A stretch of 41,027 nt of DNA from Candidatus Bathyarchaeota archaeon (GCA_020346825.1 CP070791.1:920463-961489); one strand, 5' to 3'. Counted from the first letter of the stretch, positions 17,596-27,816 are shown. The notes: generated by a model from the sequence alone, not told the origin. Numbers and translations are program-made.

Positions 17596-19344
17596 TTATC
17601 GATGGGCAAAATGCGCTGTTAGCTTGTCTCTTACTTTGTCAACTCGTACGAAGCCGAAACGCTCAAATTGAATAATTCTATCTGTGGTCAACTCTTTACA
17701 AGCCTCTTCAGCGATACCTTTTGCTGTTGAAGCGTCGGGCATTACAACTTCACATGGAATACCGCTGTCTGCAGGGATCCAATGAATCAGAGGGACCCCA
17801 ATTTTCTTGGCTTCTTCATAAGATTCGCTGTGAAAAATGGCCTTAATCAAGTTTTTCTCGACTTTTTCAACTTGGAAATTGAAGAGATCCATTAACCTTA
17901 TTCTTCTTTTCTTTTTCAAGATATTCAAATCATCGTTTGAAACCAGAAAGGATGTTTCCTTCTTATGTGGCGCTATTTTGAAGGAACGAAAGCCCTTTTC
18001 AGGATGACCTGGATGTAGAGGGACCCGCGCTGCAAAGGTGTGTGGAATATTTTTCACGGTCAGCTTTTTTGGATCGTGCACAAAGAAATATCGGTTCGCA
18101 ATTAGATCAACTATCTTTCTGTTGTATGCGTATAGATTTTTCCAGCTTAAGACAACGTCTGCTGTTTTGGGACCAACATCCATCATCAACTGTCGGATTG
18201 CCTCAGGCGTTATTCCTCTTCTTCTCAAAGCGGCAAGAGTAGCGAGTCTGGGATCATCCCAGTGTTTATAGAATCCGTCTCTGAGGCCTTGGAGAATTAC
18301 TGATTTGCTTAGGGACGCTCCGGTTATCTTTAGTCTGCCATAGTGAATTGCCTCTGGGTATTTCCATCCGAAGTGGTGATACATGTATTCTTGTCTTGTC
18401 TGATTGGTTAGGTGTTCTTTTCCTCTTATGACATGAGTTATGGCCATAAGATGATCATCGATGCCACAGGCGAAATTGTAGAGGGGCCAAACGCGATATT
18501 TGCTTCCCACTCTTGGGTGAGGATGCTTTGTGGTGTCAATTATTCTCAGGGCAGGCCAATCTCGAACAGCGGGATTCGGGTGGTTCATGTCCGTTTTGAT
18601 TCGTACAACAGCCTTTCCTTCGCCATAGGCTCCATTCAACATATGATTCCAACGAAGAAGGTTTTCGCTGGGCGTTAGGTCCCGACATAGACAAGATTTT
18701 CTAATTCTTGCCTTTTGTTGGAAATCTTTGCGTCTACATGTGCAGACGTATGCGTGACCCCCTTTGAGGATTCTCTTGGCGTGTTCATAATAGATGGACA
18801 GTCTATCGCTTTGAATAAACTCGGTATCCCATTTGCAACCGAGCCACGTTACGTCTGTACGTATTAGATCGTAAAACTGCAAACTCGGTTTTTTCATCTT
18901 TGGGTCTGTGTCTTCAAACCGGAGATAAAATCTTCCTTTGTACATTTTCGCGTATTCGTGACTAAGAATTATGGCTCTGGCAGAGCCGAGGTGCAAGACG
19001 AAATCTGGATTAGGCGAAAAACGGGTGACAACCTGTTCATATTTTTCAACATTTAACAACGGAAGTAAAATCTTCTCGCCTTCAATTTTTTCGCTAATCA
19101 AGACTTCGGGCCACTTTTCCTCTACTATCCTTCTCTGCTTCCCTAAAGGGAGTTTGTTAACTTCTCTTACAACGTCATTAATGATGGAAGCAGTCTCTTT
19201 GATTTTTTGTCTTAGATGGGGGCACTTGCCCAGTAGCTTGCCTAGAACCGGTTTTGATTGAGCCTTTCCCCCGTGACGAAGCGCGTTCAGAAGAGCGATT
19301 TTATGAGCAATCTCTTCAACTTCCATATTCTTGTCCGGAGTCAA
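17596..19344 (-). CDS. gltX: Glutamyl-tRNA synthetase (archaeal/eukaryal type)
   Basis: 582 aa. Class I HIGH-type motif FSPNPDFVLHLGSAR and a KMSKS-type motif (SLSKS). Confidence 0.9.
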   Translation of the reverse strand: MTPDKNMEVEEIAHKIALLNALRHGGKAQSKPVLGKLLGKCPHLRQKIKETASIINDVVREVNKLPLGKQRRIVEEKWPEVLISEKIEGEKILLPLLNVEKYEQVVTRFSPNPDFVLHLGSARAIILSHEYAKMYKGRFYLRFEDTDPKMKKPSLQFYDLIRTDVTWLGCKWDTEFIQSDRLSIYYEHAKRILKGGHAYVCTCRRKDFQQKARIRKSCLCRDLTPSENLLRWNHMLNGAYGEGKAVVRIKTDMNHPNPAVRDWPALRIIDTTKHPHPRVGSKYRVWPLYNFACGIDDHLMAITHVIRGKEHLTNQTRQEYMYHHFGWKYPEAIHYGRLKITGASLSKSVILQGLRDGFYKHWDDPRLATLAALRRRGITPEAIRQLMMDVGPKTADVVLSWKNLYAYNRKIVDLIANRYFFVHDPKKLTVKNIPHTFAARVPLHPGHPEKGFRSFKIAPHKKETSFLVSNDDLNILKKKRRIRLMDLFNFQVEKVEKNLIKAIFHSESYEEAKKIGVPLIHWIPADSGIPCEVVMPDASTAKGIAEEACKELTTDRIIQFERFGFVRVDKVRDKLTAHFAHR

Positions 19345-19367
19345 GGTTTGCCACTTAGTTTTGAGCT

Positions 19368-20369
19368 TTAATGCTTTCTCGCAAAAATGAGGTCAGCGAG
19401 GTTTATGAGAGCTTCTCTTTCTTTGGTGTCGGAGAAGTTCGACAATGCTTTTTTTGATTCTTCAATATACTCTTTTGCTTTGTCTTCCACGTATTTGATA
19501 GAACCCAGAGAAGTAACAAGGCCAACTATTTCTTTTGTTTTGGTGGGAGAGGAGGAACTGTTTCCTAAGGTTTCAAGAATCTTCTTCCTTTGACTTCTTG
19601 AAGCATGTTTGAGGGCGTGGACAATTATCAGCGTTCTTTTTCCTTCGCGAATGTCGCTTCCAACGGGTTTCCCAAGGGCTTTTTCGTTGGCGGTCAGACC
19701 GAGAACGTCGTCAACTAGCTGAAATGCTATACCAGCACAATACCCATATTTTCCAAGGAGTGCGACTTGACTTTCTTTTGCCCCACCAAGTATCCCTCCG
19801 CATTTTGCAGAAGTTTCAAACAAGGCAGCAGTTTTTGCTTGAATCATTTTGAAGTATTCCTTCTCTAGGATCGTCCTTTTGTGTTCAAACATCATATCGA
19901 AGGTTTGCCCTTCGCATATAGTCACAGTTGCATCGCTGACGTTCCTTAGAACTTGTAAGATGCGTTTAGGTGATACGCGCTCAAGGTCAGAGTATTTAGT
20001 GATTGTTTCAAAAACCTTGGCGAAAAGAAGGTCTCCCGATACAATGGCGGTTGGTACTCCCCATTTGGTGTGAACGGTTGGGAGGCCTCTTCTTTTTTCA
20101 TCTTCATCCATTATGTCGTCGTGAATAAGGGTGAAGGTGTGAAGGAGTTCTAGAGCGGCTGCTGTTGGAATGGCGTCCTCTTCCCTTCCTCCGACCAATT
20201 TACAGCTTTTTAAGACGAGGAATGGCCTCAGTCTCTTCCCTCCAGCGTCAATTATGTGACGGGCGGCTCGATAGAGCAGCGCAGGTTCGCGTTCAAGTTC
20301 AACGACCTCTTTGATGAAGCTATTCACTCTGTCAGCTGTTTCAACCAGTTGAAATGATAAGTGGCTCAT
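19368..20369 (-). CDS. idsA: Polyprenyl (geranylgeranyl) diphosphate synthase
   Basis: 333 aa. First Asp-rich motif LIHDDIMDED, second FQLVDDVLG. Confidence 0.85.
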   Translation of the reverse strand: MSHLSFQLVETADRVNSFIKEVVELEREPALLYRAARHIIDAGGKRLRPFLVLKSCKLVGGREEDAIPTAAALELLHTFTLIHDDIMDEDEKRRGLPTVHTKWGVPTAIVSGDLLFAKVFETITKYSDLERVSPKRILQVLRNVSDATVTICEGQTFDMMFEHKRTILEKEYFKMIQAKTAALFETSAKCGGILGGAKESQVALLGKYGYCAGIAFQLVDDVLGLTANEKALGKPVGSDIREGKRTLIIVHALKHASRSQRKKILETLGNSSSSPTKTKEIVGLVTSLGSIKYVEDKAKEYIEESKKALSNFSDTKEREALINLADLIFARKH

Positions 20370-21466
20370 GCTTTTCTCCTCGCATAAAGTTCAGGTTTAA
20401 AGCCTCTCATCCTCAACCATTCAGCCGTTTTTCCAGTTAGAACAACTGGCTTTTCTTGTAGTTTGAGCACGGATTCTGCCCCTACAAGGAACATGGTGTT
20501 TCTTAGTTCTTCAATTACAAATTGAAGAGTCTGTTTGACTTCTTCTGGGCCTTTTGTGGTTGCCTTCAGGATTGGTGCGGTCATGCTGACTAAACTGGCA
20601 CCCAAGGCGAGGGATTTTGCCGCTTCTGTTCCGAAACGTATCCCTCCGGAGGCTATTACCGGTATATGAACTGATCTAGCTACCTCAACAAGACTTGGAG
20701 CGGTAGGTATACCCCAATCCCAAAATGTTTGCCCGAGTCTCTGACGGAATTTGTCTCGGGTCCTCTTCGCTCGATGAAATTCAACTGCTGCCCAGCTTGT
20801 TCCACCAACTCCGGCTACATCAATACCTGCAACTCCAGCTTCTTCAAGCTTCTTAGCCTCTTCAGTTGCTATGCCCGCGCCAGTTTCCTTGACGATGACT
20901 GGAACCTCGAGAGCTCGAGTGATTTCACCTATTTTGTCTATTACACCCGAATAGTTTGTTTCTCCTTCTGGTTGAACGACCTCTTGCAAAGGATTTAGAT
21001 GGATAGCCAAGGCGTTGGCTTTCAATATTTTGACAGCCCTCTTGGCTTCCTTCGCGCCGTATCCGTCAACAAGCTGTGCTCCCCCAATGTTGGCTACTAA
21101 AAAGGCCGTTGGGGCTTTCTCTCTAGCTATAGCGAAGGAACCTTCCAATCTAGGGTCCTCAATAGCCACCCTTTGGCTCCCGACACCCATCCCGAGTCCC
21201 AGCTCTTCAACTGCTTCAGCGATGGCAGCGTTTATCTTTGAAGCTTTCTCGGTACCTCCAGTCATTGCTCCTACAAGGAGTGGAGCAGAAAACTCGTGTT
21301 TGAAAACTACAGTGGAAAGTCCTATTTGCTTTCTCTCAATTTCTGGCAGAGCCTTGTGCACAAGGAAAATGTCTTCGAATCCAGTGGTTTTTCGCTGGGC
21401 TTGAACGTTTTCTTCCAGACAGACTCTAATATGGTCCACTTTTCGTTCTTCAATTTGGTTGTTCAA
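20366..21466 (-). CDS. fni: Isopentenyl-diphosphate delta-isomerase type 2 (FMN-dependent)
   Basis: 366 aa TIM-barrel FMN enzyme. N-terminal RKVDHIRVCLE, plus VKETGAGI and ASGGIR motifs. Confidence 0.9.
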   Translation of the reverse strand: MNNQIEERKVDHIRVCLEENVQAQRKTTGFEDIFLVHKALPEIERKQIGLSTVVFKHEFSAPLLVGAMTGGTEKASKINAAIAEAVEELGLGMGVGSQRVAIEDPRLEGSFAIAREKAPTAFLVANIGGAQLVDGYGAKEAKRAVKILKANALAIHLNPLQEVVQPEGETNYSGVIDKIGEITRALEVPVIVKETGAGIATEEAKKLEEAGVAGIDVAGVGGTSWAAVEFHRAKRTRDKFRQRLGQTFWDWGIPTAPSLVEVARSVHIPVIASGGIRFGTEAAKSLALGASLVSMTAPILKATTKGPEEVKQTLQFVIEELRNTMFLVGAESVLKLQEKPVVLTGKTAEWLRMRGFKPELYARRKA

Positions 21467-22280
21467 TTATTTCATCCTTCTCGATTATTGTTCCGACGAC
21501 TTTTTCATCCTTAAGAGCCTTGTAAACCCTGTTGGGTTTTATGGCGTTTACAATTATCGCTCGGATTCCATGTTTTATGGCGGGCATCAATTCAAACATC
21601 TTGCCAAACATACCTCCAGTTACGTCGATAACCTTCGATCCCTCAATTTTGTTTTCAAGTTTTCTTAATTCTTCGAGTGTGATGTGTTGAATTAAACGCG
21701 CTGAAGGATTTGTTTTGGGGTCCGCCGTGTAGAGGCCGTTCACATCAGCACCTATTATAATGCGGTCTGCATTGAGTTTTATTGCCAGTGAAGAGACGAG
21801 TTGGTCGCCGGACAATATGGCAAACCCGATTTCCGAATCGAGGACAGCGTCTCCGTAGAGAACTGGCACAAACCCCATTTCAAGCATTTTTTTCAAAGGT
21901 CTCTCCTGCATGCTTTTGATTCGGCCAGCCTTCGTGACTACACAAGATGACGGCTGAACCGCTATTGCCGGGATATTATGGTTTATTAGGGAATCCACGA
22001 TCAACTTGTTTAACTTGGTCATCGCTTGATGGGTTTTTGAAAACCCTAAGATCTGTAACGGATCTTTGTAGCCTTCCATTATTCTAAATTGTTCCGCGAT
22101 TGGATGACCGAAAGAGCCTCCTCCGTGAACGAGAACAATAAGCGCAACATTGGCTCTCAAAATTTCTTCTGTTAATCGTTGTATTGCTGGCAAGTTGGGA
22201 GTTAACGGCTTTTCTTTATTTGTTATCACGGAGCCTCCGAGCTTCAGAACAATTGGTTTACTACTCAACCCTCGCACCAT
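21450..22280 (-). CDS. ipk: Isopentenyl phosphate kinase (amino-acid kinase fold)
   Basis: 276 aa: IVLKLGGSVITNK, VHGGGSFGHP. Position in the isoprenoid cluster supports the call. Confidence 0.85.
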   Translation of the reverse strand: MVRGLSSKPIVLKLGGSVITNKEKPLTPNLPAIQRLTEEILRANVALIVLVHGGGSFGHPIAEQFRIMEGYKDPLQILGFSKTHQAMTKLNKLIVDSLINHNIPAIAVQPSSCVVTKAGRIKSMQERPLKKMLEMGFVPVLYGDAVLDSEIGFAILSGDQLVSSLAIKLNADRIIIGADVNGLYTADPKTNPSARLIQHITLEELRKLENKIEGSKVIDVTGGMFGKMFELMPAIKHGIRAIIVNAIKPNRVYKALKDEKVVGTIIEKDEIIEQPN

Positions 22281-22327
22281 CGCCAGTTTTTATTGTGATG
22301 GAAGTTGTAACAGATTGCTGGAACTCC

Positions 22328-22714
22328 TTACTCCTCGATTGTAACAACGCTATTTACCAACCTAACTATGTCTCCGTTTCTTATTTTCGAAATGTCGATC
22401 CCATCGACACAAGGTATTTCTGAGATTATAGCTCCAACAGCGACTACAGTTTCACACTCTTTGTTCACTATTCCAGCTGGTGCTACCCCGTTCTTTTTCA
22501 TTCTATAAAGAGTGTAGGATCCAACCGTTGATCCTTTACCATTTGGGAAAACCAATATTTTCCCCTTCACCTTCTGTCCTTGCAGTTCATGTCCTTTCTC
22601 TATTACCTCGCTAGTGTTCGGGTCAACTCCACCATAGAAGGAGATTGGTTGTTTGGTGATTATGGCTTCTCCTTTTGCAACTCCCTTCGAGATCACTCTT
22701 CCCTCTAACTCCAT
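22328..22714 (-). CDS. Aconitase X swivel-domain protein (DUF126); putative phosphomevalonate dehydratase small subunit
   Basis: Short swivel-domain protein (GEAIITKQPISFYGGVDPNTSEV...GKILVFPNGKGSTVGSY). I prefer the ATG at 22714 (MELEGRV), which is preceded by GGTGAGAGGA, over the track start at 22741. Confidence 0.75.
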   Translation of the reverse strand: MELEGRVISKGVAKGEAIITKQPISFYGGVDPNTSEVIEKGHELQGQKVKGKILVFPNGKGSTVGSYTLYRMKKNGVAPAGIVNKECETVVAVGAIISEIPCVDGIDISKIRNGDIVRLVNSVVTIEE

Positions 22715-23901
22715 TTTCCTCTCACCGCAGCGTCCACGCATTCTTCCAAACTTCCTAGTTTGGTCTTCATATTGTTATGTCTTGAATAGTAACATCCTTT
22801 TGCGGAGGTTGTTGCAACAGATTCAAATCTTCCTTTGAGTGGAGCTACTGCCATACATGTGTCGCAAGCGAATTTTCCCCCAGCTTTTTCGATTATTTTT
22901 GTGTAACTTCTTTTGTCAGCGAGTTGTTTCATTTGCCTTGAAGTCGCAACCCAGAATTCAGTGTCCGGAGATATAGTTTTGTCCTTTAGCAGTTTTGCTA
23001 TTGTAGCGATTTCTTTAATGGAAGAGTGAGGACAGCCTATACACACCAAAGCAATGGTGTCAACATCGTCGTTAATGCTTTCGTATGCTTCTCTTATGTC
23101 CGAGTCCTCGATAGTGATTCCCTCTCTTGGAGGCTGATATTTTTCGGATCCAGGAGTTATTCCCTTAATATAAAATAGTGGTTTTGAACCGTAGGTCACC
23201 ACTGAGGCACAGAAAGTCTTCAATTCATCCAAGCCAACATCTTCAATGCCTGAAATGTATGGGATTCTGTTTTCCACTTTTTTGCCTATAGAATAGCCAA
23301 GGGCTCCCCAATCGGAGAATTTCTCCAATTTAGCCTCCACGATCACATGAGTATCTGGCACCCTGTTCTCTTCCAGATGAAGCCCATATTCTGGTGTTTT
23401 GCCAATGAAAGCTGCAGCAAGAGCTGATGGACCTCCTTCCCTGTTTGTTTTTGCCCCGATAACTGAGTTAGCGAAAGTAACTGCGGAAGACTCGGACCAA
23501 GCGATGTGTTCTCCATATCTTGGTAGGTTACCTATCAAGTATGGCGTACATGTGCAGGAGATGATTATGCCCATCTTTCTGAAGGTATCTATGACCAAGT
23601 TTTGTTTTCTTGCGAATTCTTCGGAGATTCCGAGTTTTTTCCAATCTTCCAAATCCATTCCTGCAGGGTTCAAAGTTGTGAGTACTTTGACTCTTCCATC
23701 TTTTGCCAGTTCGTTTAGGAATTCCAAACCAGCATCCCCGAGGTTATGATATGATACGCCTGCCACCTGAACAGAACCTACTCTGATGAGTTTTTCAGCC
23801 CCGAAAATGTTCCCTAGGGCAACAAGTATCTCCATGGACTTTCTTGTTGCGTAACCTTCTTTTCCATCCAGCATTCTTTCTTCTTCTTTTGTGAGGTACA
23901 T
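22705..23901 (-). CDS. Aconitase X catalytic-domain protein (DUF521); putative phosphomevalonate dehydratase large subunit
   Basis: 398 aa: MYLTKEEERMLDG start, and conserved Cys residues (CTCTPY, CIGCPH, CDTC) typical of AcnX Fe-S ligation. Adjacent to the swivel subunit. Confidence 0.8.
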   Translation of the reverse strand: MYLTKEEERMLDGKEGYATRKSMEILVALGNIFGAEKLIRVGSVQVAGVSYHNLGDAGLEFLNELAKDGRVKVLTTLNPAGMDLEDWKKLGISEEFARKQNLVIDTFRKMGIIISCTCTPYLIGNLPRYGEHIAWSESSAVTFANSVIGAKTNREGGPSALAAAFIGKTPEYGLHLEENRVPDTHVIVEAKLEKFSDWGALGYSIGKKVENRIPYISGIEDVGLDELKTFCASVVTYGSKPLFYIKGITPGSEKYQPPREGITIEDSDIREAYESINDDVDTIALVCIGCPHSSIKEIATIAKLLKDKTISPDTEFWVATSRQMKQLADKRSYTKIIEKAGGKFACDTCMAVAPLKGRFESVATTSAKGCYYSRHNNMKTKLGSLEECVDAAVRGKWS

Positions 23902-23905
23902 ACAA

Positions 23906-25213
23906 TCACAAGAACTTGCTTAGGTCGACTTTTCTGTATTCCTCAATCTTGAAGCCTTTACCTGTTTTTTTCAGTGGAACCGTTGCGTCTAACCCCATTT
24001 TACACGTTGTAGCTTTTTTTCCTTCAGTTAAGTCACCAGATGGATCAAGAGAAGATCCTCTCTGTTTTGGCAGGATAACTGCGTCCTTGTCTGCTTGAAA
24101 TCTCGTTGAAATAGCCCATTCAACTTTGCTTAGGTCATAAATGTTGATGTCGTCGTCCACAACAACACAATGCTTTAATGATTTGTGGCCTTCAAAGGCC
24201 GCCTTTATCGCTTTCTTTCCGTCATCTGGATTCCGTTTTTTTATTTGTACCACTGCGTGGAGCCAACTGCAACCACCTGGAGTTACATAGACATCCTTAC
24301 ATTCACAGACCTTGTTCACCTTGGTGAAGATTGTTGGTTCTCTAGGCATTCCCATCAAGAACTTGTGTTCGTTTCTGCCAGCAAGTATGGTCTGGTAAAT
24401 AGGTTTCTCTCTATGAGTTATACAGTTGACTTCTATCACTGGCTGCTGTCTCACTTTGTCAACAATTCCTGTTAAATCTAGGAATGGTCCTTCTGGTGCT
24501 CTTTCTTTTGTTATTCTTCCCTCTAACACAATCTCGCAGTTTCTTGGAACCTCAACATCTATTGTCTTGCACCTCACCAATTCTGTTTTTTCTAGTGCAC
24601 TGGCCATTCCTAATTCGTCAACGCCCTTTGGTAGAGATGTGGCAGCAGCAAGAAGAACAGGGGTTGAGTTGCCAATACATATTGCTATATCTAGTTCGCC
24701 ACCAGATTTTTTGACAGCAGTGTCCGTTCCTCTCTCTTCAACGATTCTAGCAACAAACTTGTTCTCATCTAGCAACATCAACCGGTGGAAGCATGTGTTT
24801 CTACCAAACTCAGGGTCCTTTACTATAGCTATGGCGGATGCAATGTATTTTCCTCCATCTTTTTCGGTATACCTCATTATTGGGAGCTTTGTTAGATCGA
24901 CATCTTTCTCAACTATTTCTTGACATTCGCCCTTCTCCACAACATTTGGAGGCAGAGGATTCTCTATGGCACTGGATAACTTGCGCAACAATTGTGTTCT
25001 TTTTGTGTTCAAGGCTCTAGCAATAAGGTCTTTGGAAGAGATAAGCCCAGCTACAACGGGGATGCTAGATTCTTTCACCTTTTCAAAATATACTGGGTTT
25101 TCGTTGAGCGCATCTATAATCCCGGCCATCTCATATTCGGTTGACACTTGTTCTCTTATTCTTGTCAATTCTCCATTTTTGTCAAGTTGTTCCAAGAAAC
25201 TTCTAAAACCCAA
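23906..25213 (-). CDS. UbiD-family (prFMN-dependent) decarboxylase; putative trans-anhydromevalonate-5-phosphate decarboxylase
   Basis: 435 aa UbiD-like sequence (FLEQLDKNGEL..., GGKYIASAIAIVKDPE, GRNTCFHRL). The specific function is inferred from its position between mvk and acnX. Confidence 0.75.
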   Translation of the reverse strand: MGFRSFLEQLDKNGELTRIREQVSTEYEMAGIIDALNENPVYFEKVKESSIPVVAGLISSKDLIARALNTKRTQLLRKLSSAIENPLPPNVVEKGECQEIVEKDVDLTKLPIMRYTEKDGGKYIASAIAIVKDPEFGRNTCFHRLMLLDENKFVARIVEERGTDTAVKKSGGELDIAICIGNSTPVLLAAATSLPKGVDELGMASALEKTELVRCKTIDVEVPRNCEIVLEGRITKERAPEGPFLDLTGIVDKVRQQPVIEVNCITHREKPIYQTILAGRNEHKFLMGMPREPTIFTKVNKVCECKDVYVTPGGCSWLHAVVQIKKRNPDDGKKAIKAAFEGHKSLKHCVVVDDDINIYDLSKVEWAISTRFQADKDAVILPKQRGSSLDPSGDLTEGKKATTCKMGLDATVPLKKTGKGFKIEEYRKVDLSKFL

Positions 25214-25252
25214 TCATCTTCCTCCATATTCTTTGATAGGATCTGTCTTCCT

Positions 25253-26197
25253 TTATGTTTTTTTGATTCCAATCTTTGTTCGCAACACTTTGAACCCTTC
25301 CTTTTCCATGGCTGTTGCCACTGCTTCTTGCAGTTCTTTTCTTGGGGTTAACGCGACCATGCAGCCTCCTCCGCCACCTCCCGTTAGTTTTGCTCCAAAT
25401 GCCCCTTGCTCTCGAGCTAAGGTCACTAGATAATCTAATTCTTTGCAGGAAACTTCGATTTTCCGCAGCAAGTGATGGTTCTCGTTCATCAACTTGCCCA
25501 CTTTTTTCAAGTTGAATTCTTCTAGGGCTTTTCTTGCCGGGAACGCTATACCTTCTGCTTGTTTGAACAATGGATTGTATTTTTTCGGATTGTTTTTCTT
25601 TCTTGCAGCAACTCCAGCGACCATTTCCTTGGTATCGGCTACAATTCCTGTGTTGCCGATGATAATCTCAACTGGTTCTCTTATGTTCAGTTTCTCGATT
25701 GTGTTTGGGCCTCCGCTCAGATTCTTTTTGAACCAGATTAGCCCTCCATAAGTTGCTGCTGTATTGTCAATGCCTGAGGGGTTTCCAGCATAGGCTTTTT
25801 CAGCCTCATAGGCGGCTTCATTGATTCTTCCGTCGGACAAATCCATTTCGAATTCTTTTGCTATAGCTCTGGCAATTGCCACGCTACTTGCTGCTGAAGC
25901 TCCAATTCCGCTGAAACCAGGGAGGTTTCCTCCCAACCAGATCTCCAAGGAGGCTTTTTTCGGGTCAATTCCCATCGTTCTAAGCATTCTTTCTATTGAT
26001 TCTTTCTGTTGAGTTCTTTTCTTTGCAGCATAGCCGTTTGCGCCTTTTCTTTCGTCGTTTACGATAATCCCTTCTACATTCTTTTTCACTTCGGCGTCAG
26101 CGGTTGAGTCAATCGCGGAAACAATTCCTGGGATGCCGTGAACAACGAAGTGTTCGCCAAACAAAATGACTTTTCCGAAACCAGCTCCTCTTCCCAT
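25253..26197 (-). CDS. mvk: Mevalonate kinase (GHMP kinase)
   Basis: 314 aa: GKVILFGEHFVVHG, GHMP motif PGFSGIGASAASSVA, C-terminal KLTGGGGGGC. Confidence 0.9.
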   Translation of the reverse strand: MGRGAGFGKVILFGEHFVVHGIPGIVSAIDSTADAEVKKNVEGIIVNDERKGANGYAAKKRTQQKESIERMLRTMGIDPKKASLEIWLGGNLPGFSGIGASAASSVAIARAIAKEFEMDLSDGRINEAAYEAEKAYAGNPSGIDNTAATYGGLIWFKKNLSGGPNTIEKLNIREPVEIIIGNTGIVADTKEMVAGVAARKKNNPKKYNPLFKQAEGIAFPARKALEEFNLKKVGKLMNENHHLLRKIEVSCKELDYLVTLAREQGAFGAKLTGGGGGGCMVALTPRKELQEAVATAMEKEGFKVLRTKIGIKKT

Positions 26198-26232
26198 TGG
26201 CTCTACTCCAAAAAGACAGTTAGTGTTGAATT

Positions 26233-26248
26233 GGATAAAATATTTTTG
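26233..26248 (-). promoter_or_regulatory. Candidate BRE/TATA element upstream of mvk
   Basis: The minus strand reads CAAAAATATTTTATCC, 36-51 nt upstream of the mvk ATG. A GGAG SD follows. This is the only sizeable gap (90 nt) between memo and mvk. Confidence 0.35.
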
Positions 26249-26287
26249 AAGGTGGGAGAGCTTATTGGCGAGAATTGCCTTGCGTGG

Positions 26288-27157
26288 CTAACTTTTCAAG
26301 AACGCAAGGGAGGCGTAGCCAACTACCGTAGAGAGGTCGCCGGTTATGTCACCGCTTGTCTTGTAGCACAACAGTTGAGCTTTGCCAGCGCCTGATTTCT
26401 TTGCAGCAACAATAGTTGCGATAGTCGGACCGCAACCGCAAGTTGATATAGCGTGAGATTCTATTATGGAGTAGTATTGTTCTTCGTCCATTTTGATGAT
26501 GGCGTCGATGGCCGTTTTGTCTTTTTTTTCAGCCCTTTCCTGAGGCTCATAGTGCGTCATGTCCGTAGATGCTATTACCACTGCGTTTTTACCTGACAAA
26601 GCTTTCGCGGTAGCCTGTCCTACTTCTGAGCTGGATTCTGGGTCTTGCATGAGAAAACATATGGGAACAAACCTGAACGTTGAACCATAGAGGTATTGTA
26701 AGAAAGGTAGCTGAAGCTCTATGGAGTGTTCGTAAGCGTGGGCTCGGTCGTCCACATCGATGATGCTGGACTGGCTCAAGATCTGATTGGCGGTCTTGGT
26801 GTCGATCTCTACGTCGCCTATGGGCGTACGCCAAACTCCCTCATTCATGAGGGAGAGTGCGCTTCCACGTCCAGTATGGTTGGGACTGAAAATCACAACG
26901 ATTTCTGGTTTACCGTCTTTCGCAAGTTCGTAATATGCGTGGGCAGCCACGGGACCGGAGTACATGTATCCTGCGTGAGGACAGACGAGTCCAACTATGC
27001 TTCTAGGGCCTTCTTGAACAACTTTGGGAAGTTCTTTAGGGCCAAGTTCATGGGTGAAACATCTTTCTATTTGTGCCTGTAAGCCCGTGGAGGTACCGGC
27101 GTACCATGTACCAGCGACGGCGGGGCTTCTAACTTTCAAACTTTTTCTTCCTATCAT
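26288..27157 (-). CDS. Memo-family protein (AmmeMemoRadiSam system protein B-like)
   Basis: 289 aa: [38 protein letters not shown]. The start overlaps the rps2 stop by 4 nt. Confidence 0.85.
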   Translation of the reverse strand: MIGRKSLKVRSPAVAGTWYAGTSTGLQAQIERCFTHELGPKELPKVVQEGPRSIVGLVCPHAGYMYSGPVAAHAYYELAKDGKPEIVVIFSPNHTGRGSALSLMNEGVWRTPIGDVEIDTKTANQILSQSSIIDVDDRAHAYEHSIELQLPFLQYLYGSTFRFVPICFLMQDPESSSEVGQATAKALSGKNAVVIASTDMTHYEPQERAEKKDKTAIDAIIKMDEEQYYSIIESHAISTCGCGPTIATIVAAKKSGAGKAQLLCYKTSGDITGDLSTVVGYASLAFLKS

Positions 27158-27798
27158 TCTTCTCTGGTTAGCTTCAGTTCGAAATCTTCGATGGACTGGC
27201 CTATGTCTTTATCTGGGGCTATTTCCCCTTTTTCGCGCATTGTTTGTCTGGCGAGAAGCCAGTAGATGACTGCCAAGGCTCTTCGGCCTTTGTTATTGGT
27301 AGGAATAGCCAAATCTACATAAGAAAAATCGTTGTCGGTGCTGCAGAGAGCTATAACTGGAATGCCGACTGTTGAGGCTTCTTTTACTGCTTGTACATCG
27401 GCTTTTGGGTCAGACACCATTATTACGCGGGGTTCGATACGGTTTGGGTAAAGAGGATTCGAAAGCAACCCGGGAATGAAGCGTCCAATAATGGGAATCG
27501 CTCCAACTACTTCGCAGAATTTCTCTACCGGAGAACGTCCATACAATCTCGCCGCTACAACTGCAATCTTTGACGGTTCAAACCTGGCAAGGAATTTTGC
27601 AGCTACCCGTATACGTTCATCTGTTTTCTTGACGTCTAAGACAAATAACCCGTCAGACCTGACGCGATATATGAACGGATTCATATCTCTTGTTTTCATC
27701 CTAGTTCCAATGTGGATTCCCGCGGATAACAGGGTGTCTTGAGGCAGCAAGAGTTCCTCTTCGCTGGGAGTTTCGTTTTTTTCTTCTGTTTCAGACAA
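27154..27798 (-). CDS. rps2: 30S ribosomal protein S2 (uS2)
   Basis: 214 aa: [39 protein letters not shown]...[12 protein letters not shown]. Confidence 0.92.
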   Translation of the reverse strand: MSETEEKNETPSEEELLLPQDTLLSAGIHIGTRMKTRDMNPFIYRVRSDGLFVLDVKKTDERIRVAAKFLARFEPSKIAVVAARLYGRSPVEKFCEVVGAIPIIGRFIPGLLSNPLYPNRIEPRVIMVSDPKADVQAVKEASTVGIPVIALCSTDNDFSYVDLAIPTNNKGRRALAVIYWLLARQTMREKGEIAPDKDIGQSIEDFELKLTREE

Positions 27799-27816
27799 AT
27801 TTTTTCCTCCTAAAAC

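Noticed and set aside
24426-24923. 165-aa plus-strand ORF, with several neighbours between 23916 and 25433
   Set aside because: It is antisense to the UbiD-family and mvk genes and is low-complexity Ser/Leu/Phe-rich sequence. Shadow ORFs.
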